From: a virus
Lineage: Duplodnaviria > Caudoviricetes
IMG/VR virus record: IMGVR_UViG_3300027813_001600
Location: 1 to 39,320 of that record
Reading direction: 5' to 3' (one strand)
DNA: 39,320 nucleotides
Shown here piece by piece: positions 34,818 through 39,320 of this stretch; the first letter of the stretch is position 1; every line of letters begins with the position of its first letter. Under the pieces are notes generated by a model. It saw only the letters and a program-made list of their open reading frames with translations, searched no databases and had not been told where the DNA came from. Position numbers and translations under genes: made by a program.

Positions 34818-35692
34818 CTGTTAAATGCTCCTGATGACATAACAACACTGTTCAATGGTGCACCGCTTAGTTCTCTAATTCTACGTAGCTGTTTGTCAGC
34901 TAGTGATTCAACTGCTATTGATTCAGGTATTCCTTTGCCGGCTTTTGCCATTGTTTCTTTCCACGGAGCAATAAGCTCTTCGTAGTTTGGATCGCTTTTG
35001 AGTACTGCAAACATACTTTCAACTGTATGTGTGTCAGCTTCTCTTGCGTTTGGTCCTAATAGTATTTTTGCAATTTCATCCCAATCGTCTGCAACAACAT
35101 TATCTCCGTTGTTAGGATCAACAATACCTTTTGTAGGGCTAAATTTATATCCACGGCCTCTTGCTAAACTTGATAACAATACTGCCCTGTCAGCACCTGT
35201 GTAATTCTCTGTTCCGCCACGCTTGGCTCCACGTTGTAGATTAGGATTATCTGTGAGCATAAAGTCTGTTTGAACAAAGCCGTTTGCAACATCACCCCTA
35301 ATTGGAGTTTTAAAATGTACTTGAAGTCCTGCGTTAGCAACCCAACCTTGTGTGAAAGTTCTGCCCTTGTTCATAATTTCTAAATCAGGTATGCCTTGCT
35401 TTTGGCACCATGCAGTAAGTTTTGCAATTATTTCTTCTTTAGGTAATTCTCTTGTGTCAACATTGAGATCTAAATCGCCTGACGAGTTCTCTTCAAATGT
35501 TCCATCTTCTTTTGTCTTCTTGCCTGTTGTGCCAAGCATGTCTTCATCAATAAACTTAAAGCCGAATGTAGAATTAATCCAATCTATTGTTGGCTGCACA
35601 TCAACTGTAGCAATGCGCTGTGTTAGTGGTGTTACTTCACCGCCATCGACTTTTTTAAATACGTTTCCGCCTTCGAATAAATTACTTGTCAT
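34814..35692 (-). CDS. Pol-beta-superfamily nucleotidyltransferase-like protein
   Basis: LGTTGKK...SSGDLDLNVD and a third acidic strand FVQTDFM. Confidence 0.7.
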   Translation of the reverse strand: MTSNLFEGGNVFKKVDGGEVTPLTQRIATVDVQPTIDWINSTFGFKFIDEDMLGTTGKKTKEDGTFEENSSGDLDLNVDTRELPKEEIIAKLTAWCQKQGIPDLEIMNKGRTFTQGWVANAGLQVHFKTPIRGDVANGFVQTDFMLTDNPNLQRGAKRGGTENYTGADRAVLLSSLARGRGYKFSPTKGIVDPNNGDNVVADDWDEIAKILLGPNAREADTHTVESMFAVLKSDPNYEELIAPWKETMAKAGKGIPESIAVESLADKQLRRIRELSGAPLNSVVMSSGAFNR

Positions 35693-35942
35693 TATTTTTG
35701 CTCTCTATAACTTTAGCGATTCCACGCTTGAACTTACGCGGATCTCCTGATTTAATTGAGTTAATAAATCTACGTTCAAGCTCACTTGCTGTTACATCAT
35801 CGTAGTTAGCAGCAATCCTATTAAGAAGATTAATGCTACTTTCAATAATATTGCTAGCAGATGTCTCAATTTGTTTGTCACTACTATAAGTGGCACCTAG
35901 GCTGTTAAGTTCTTCTAATATGCTTCTTGTACGTTTTTTCAT
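35682..35942 (-). CDS. Hypothetical phage protein
   Basis: 86 aa, MKKRTRSILEEL; TAAATA upstream (35960-35965). Confidence 0.75.
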   Translation of the reverse strand: MKKRTRSILEELNSLGATYSSDKQIETSASNIIESSINLLNRIAANYDDVTASELERRFINSIKSGDPRKFKRGIAKVIESKNNDK

Positions 35943-36007
35943 TGATCTACTCCGTATTGTATTTAGCGTTGTTATAAATATGAGTGTAATAGATGAAGGA
36001 GGGTATA

Positions 36008-36769
36008 ATGACTATTTCAAACATGAGTTTCAAACAACGATCCTTACTTTTTGCTAAGTTATCTAGTATAGCATATAATAACATCAAAGAAGCAAAGAGT
36101 CAAGCAAAGAAACTAGGATTCACTACAACAGAGTTTTACGAGAAAGATGGAGCACAAGCATACCGCTTCATGAACAAAGACGATTTGGTAATTGCATGTC
36201 GTGGCACACAACCTAGCGAGTTTAATGATCTAAAAGCAGATCTAAAAGCTCTTCCGGTAATGGCAGAAACAGTAGGACGAGTACACATTGGATTTAAGAC
36301 AGAGGTAGATGACCTCTGGCCAATGATTGAAGAAGATATTAATCGTAAGACTAATGTTACCAAAACACTTTGGTTTTGTGGACATAGTTTAGGAGCGGCC
36401 ATGGCAACGATTATGGCAAGTAGAGCAAAGCATAACGTAGAACTAAACGATCCAGTCGAACTGTTCACATACGGTAGTCCACGTGTGGGTTGGAGAGAGT
36501 ACTGCAACAGTTTAAATGTTATACATCACAGGTGGAAGAACAATAACGACATTGTCACTACTGTTCCTCTTGCTGTTATGGGATTTAAACATCACGGTAC
36601 TCAGCATTACATTAATGCATACGGCAATGTTCGTAAGCCTACAGGCTGGCAGATGTTTAAAGACAGACTGCGCGGCATGTGGATGGGCATCAAGAAAGGT
36701 AAGATTGATAACTTTGGTGATCACTCGATGGTTGAGTACATCAAGCACATTGAAGCTGATCAAGACTAA
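36008..36769 (+). CDS. Class 3 lipase (alpha/beta hydrolase)
   Basis: [47 protein letters not shown] at 35973-35980 and an AAGGAGG SD support start 36008. Confidence 0.93.
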   Translation: MTISNMSFKQRSLLFAKLSSIAYNNIKEAKSQAKKLGFTTTEFYEKDGAQAYRFMNKDDLVIACRGTQPSEFNDLKADLKALPVMAETVGRVHIGFKTEVDDLWPMIEEDINRKTNVTKTLWFCGHSLGAAMATIMASRAKHNVELNDPVELFTYGSPRVGWREYCNSLNVIHHRWKNNNDIVTTVPLAVMGFKHHGTQHYINAYGNVRKPTGWQMFKDRLRGMWMGIKKGKIDNFGDHSMVEYIKHIEADQD

Positions 36770-37704
36770 CCAAACAAACTGCTTACTGACTCTTCGTTAG
36801 TTATACGACGAATAGCTTCACCAAACAAAGGCGCGACACTTACCTGTCGTGTCTTTTTGCAGTTTTTAGGACAATGATCCTTTATTGTGTCTGCAACTAC
36901 TAGTTCTGTGAGTACACTCTTCTCAACTTTATTACATGCTTCACCTGACAATACACCGTGTGTAATATATGCACGAACTGATAATGCGCCTGCATCCATA
37001 ATAGCTTTGGCTGCGTTGCATAGTGTGCCGCCACTGTCAATAATGTCATCAACTAGAATAGCGTGTTTGCCTTTAACATCGCCGATCAAGTTCATAACTT
37101 CACTCTTCCCTGCTTCAGGACGCATCTTGTCTACAATAGCAATGTCTGCGTGGAACATGTCTGCAAACTTCCTAGCACGAACAACACCGCCTGCATCAGG
37201 ACTTACAAATACAGTACCATCTTCAATAATAACATTACGTTTAATGTCTTTAGCAAATACTAAACGGCTTGTTAAGTCATCAACTGGAATATCAAAGAAG
37301 CCTTGAATCTGTCCTGCGTGTAAGTCCATTGTAAGCACTCTATCTGCGCCTGATGTTGTAAGCAAGTTAGCAACTAGTTTTGCTGTTATAGGCGTCCTAC
37401 TTGCACTCTTACGATCCTGTCTAGCATATCCAAAATACGGTACAACTGCTGTAATGCGTTTAGCACTTGAACGCTTGGCAGCGTCAATCATAATTAACAG
37501 TTCCATTAAACTATCATTAACAGGAGTTGATGTACTTTGTATAATAAACACATCCTCTCCACGGATATTATCTAAAAACTCTACGCTTATTTCGCCATCG
37601 GCAAATGTACTAATTTTAGTTGGCAGTAGCGGAGCAAACGAATAGTCTGCAATTTCTTGTGCAAGGGTGGGGTTTGCATTACCTGCTATTATTTTCATTT
37701 TCAA
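36766..37704 (-). CDS. prs: Ribose-phosphate pyrophosphokinase
   Basis: [46 protein letters not shown]. Confidence 0.98.
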   Translation of the reverse strand: MKMKIIAGNANPTLAQEIADYSFAPLLPTKISTFADGEISVEFLDNIRGEDVFIIQSTSTPVNDSLMELLIMIDAAKRSSAKRITAVVPYFGYARQDRKSASRTPITAKLVANLLTTSGADRVLTMDLHAGQIQGFFDIPVDDLTSRLVFAKDIKRNVIIEDGTVFVSPDAGGVVRARKFADMFHADIAIVDKMRPEAGKSEVMNLIGDVKGKHAILVDDIIDSGGTLCNAAKAIMDAGALSVRAYITHGVLSGEACNKVEKSVLTELVVADTIKDHCPKNCKKTRQVSVAPLFGEAIRRITNEESVSSLFG

Positions 37705-38453
37705 TCGTAGTCCTTTCTAATGTTATTGTTATAGTTAATGGATTGATTGATCAAACCAAGTTGAGTGTCGTTATTGTCTGCGGTGTAGAGTAGTGCATTC
37801 ATATCTTTAGGAAAACAGTGTCCGCCGTAGCCTCGCATTTCTGTTACTGTTATGTGACTGTCTCCGATACGCGGATCCATTCCTACTCCGATAGCAACTG
37901 GATCATAATCTATACCTGCTGCTTTGCACAAGTCATACATTTGATTAAAGAACGTTACTTTGGTTGCTAGGAATGCATTACGGAAATACTTTGTTAGGAT
38001 TAGTTCTGCAACACTTGCATTGGTAACACTAATGTCTCCCATAGCATCAATAAACAACTGCGCCCAGAAGCCTACGTTGTCACCGCCCATCATAAATTGT
38101 TTTGTGTTGGCAAAGTCTTCTAGTGCTGTTGCTGCACGTAAGAACTCTGGACTAAATGTAAGATTAGATTTGATAAATTCTGTACGAATTATATCCCATC
38201 CTTCTAAACTAATTGTACTTTTAATTAGTATTGGCACTGGCGGCGAATTACTAACTATATCGTACACATTACTATAGTCACACGACCCGTCATCATTGGC
38301 TGGTGTACTTACACAAATAATAATTGCGTCTGCGTGTTGCAAGTCTGCGTAGTGACCAAGTGCTGGGTCTCTAATTAATATCTCGTGATAGTCTTTCAGT
38401 GCTGCTTCGTGAGCCTGTCCAACATATCCGTATCCTGCGATTCCTATCTTCAT
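37701..38453 (-). CDS. Short UDP-glucose/GDP-mannose dehydrogenase-family protein
   Basis: [56 protein letters not shown]. Lacks the C-terminal domain. Confidence 0.88.
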   Translation of the reverse strand: MKIGIAGYGYVGQAHEAALKDYHEILIRDPALGHYADLQHADAIIICVSTPANDDGSCDYSNVYDIVSNSPPVPILIKSTISLEGWDIIRTEFIKSNLTFSPEFLRAATALEDFANTKQFMMGGDNVGFWAQLFIDAMGDISVTNASVAELILTKYFRNAFLATKVTFFNQMYDLCKAAGIDYDPVAIGVGMDPRIGDSHITVTEMRGYGGHCFPKDMNALLYTADNNDTQLGLINQSINYNNNIRKDYD

Positions 38454-38480
38454 AGTGTATCCTGTGTTTGTATACTTTTA

Positions 38481-38508
38481 ATTATACACTCATCGAGCTG
38501 TATGTCAA
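38481..38508 (-). promoter_or_regulatory. sigma70-type promoter of the ugd-prs pair
   Basis: TTGACA-16-TATAAT. Confidence 0.7.
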
Positions 38509-38510
38509 GA

Positions 38511-38541
38511 GAAAAGGCTGTGTCGTCGAACACAACCTTCC
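38511..38541 (-). terminator. Probable intrinsic terminator
   Basis: GGAAGGTTGTGT-TCGACG-ACACAGCCTTTTC. Confidence 0.65.
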
Positions 38542-38549
38542 CATTTAGT

Positions 38550-39320
38550 TTAGAATCCGTTTGGTACTAATACATAGTGTATTGCTAATACAATAGCTAC
38601 ACTTGCACCTAGTCCTATCATCATCTTCTGAAAGTCTCGTGCTACCAAAGGAAACACACTTTTAAACTTCATCTTGCCTGTGAAGCTCGCAATAGCAAGT
38701 TCACGTCCTGCAAGCATACCAACGAACACCCAAGTAGTTGACATAGGTATATCGTTCAGCTCTTTGAAGAAGTATAAGCATAGCCAGTAGAACAAATCAA
38801 TTAGTGTAGCACTACGCACATATCGTGTGTTATGTTTCTCTAGTACAATCGATTGTATCTTGCCTCCTCGTTCCCTAAACATAAAGAACAAGCCAATTAC
38901 AAATACTGCACTGACTAAGAACATTAAGTCTAGTGGTACTTCACGTGGAAGGAACACTGCGATGTTAGCCATGTCATGTGACAACCAAGTCCACCACAAG
39001 CCTCCTGTTGCTAGCCATTGTGCTACTCGCCAATAGTCTTTGTGTTCTTCTTTGACTGGAGCAGTTTCGTCCATCCATCTGCTTATAACATACCATGCTC
39101 CGTATGCGAACAGTGCCGCTATGCCATAGCCCATTATACTTTTCATAAGCATCTTCTCTAATACAAATGTACTTGCGAAAGCACTTAGTACTAAGAAGCT
39201 AGTTGATACAGGCACGCCATAACGTGTGAGTATAACGAGTATGCCTGGTGCCATAGCATGATACCATTGTACCTCTTGCCATGGGATCTTGTTTAGTCTG
39301 CCGTAACTGATGTCACCGCC
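38550..39320 (-). CDS. Polytopic membrane protein, PiT-like phosphate/sulfate permease relative (5' end outside window)
   Basis: Frame open to the window end (GGDISYGRL...). Duplicated motifs GVPVSTS and IPMSTT, plus HDMAN. Confidence 0.7.
   Translation of the reverse strand, partial: GGDISYGRLNKIPWQEVQWYHAMAPGILVILTRYGVPVSTSFLVLSAFASTFVLEKMLMKSIMGYGIAALFAYGAWYVISRWMDETAPVKEEHKDYWRVAQWLATGGLWWTWLSHDMANIAVFLPREVPLDLMFLVSAVFVIGLFFMFRERGGKIQSIVLEKHNTRYVRSATLIDLFYWLCLYFFKELNDIPMSTTWVFVGMLAGRELAIASFTGKMKFKSVFPLVARDFQKMMIGLGASVAIVLAIHYVLVPNGF

Noticed and set aside
2341-39036. Numerous plus-strand ORFs of 60-180 aa (e.g. 3900-4274, 17854-18393, 26524-27030, 36887-37306)
   Set aside because: They are antisense to well-supported genes and have no motifs or RBS. 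Only 5909-6187 and the lipase are credible on +.
1-39320. Bacterial chromosome origin (guaC, prs, rpsU, clpS, nrdAB, ssrA)
   Set aside because: These genes lack their bacterial operon contexts and are interleaved with PAAR, tail-type and T4-like hypothetical genes and TAAATA promoters.
1-39320. Stop-codon reassignment as in some large phages
   Set aside because: Conserved genes are full length in the standard code, and TAA, TAG and TGA all terminate genes.

Overview
This is a 39 kb segment of a large AT-rich, T4-related (myovirus/jumbo-type) phage genome. Almost all genes are on the minus strand and the genetic code is standard. The host is most likely a marine alphaproteobacterium, inferred from a circularly permuted two-piece tmRNA, a ROSE-type thermometer on hsp20, an alpha-like porin and a hemO-pcyX cassette. 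From left to right it holds: (1) a CsgF-CsgG-curlin-FecR-curlin-CHASE2/adenylate cyclase module (the cyclase is missing from the ORF track and runs off the left edge) with a divergent stand-alone Fis-type HTH gene; (2) two membrane micro-ORFs plus an HNH gene; (3) a host-takeover block of pcyX, hemO, clpS, hsp20, guaC and rpsU; (4) envelope genes (coiled-coil membrane protein, three lipoproteins, SleB-type hydrolase, porin), an SNase nuclease, tmRNA, an Hc1-like protein and a PAAR-M15 peptidase fusion; (5) glutaredoxin, nrdB and nrdA; (6) a late/virion block whose proteins share an M-[KR]-x-x-[ED]...E N-terminal peptide, including a KxDG protein next to a Pol-beta-type nucleotidyltransferase; (7) lipase, prs, a short ugd-like gene and a PiT-like membrane protein. 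Two promoter classes recur: sigma70 TTGACA-16/17-TAnnnT and a T4-late-like TAAATA. The best candidate for an undescribed system is the curli-secretion plus FecR plus CHASE2-cyclase module. All family assignments are from motif recognition by eye; no searches were run.
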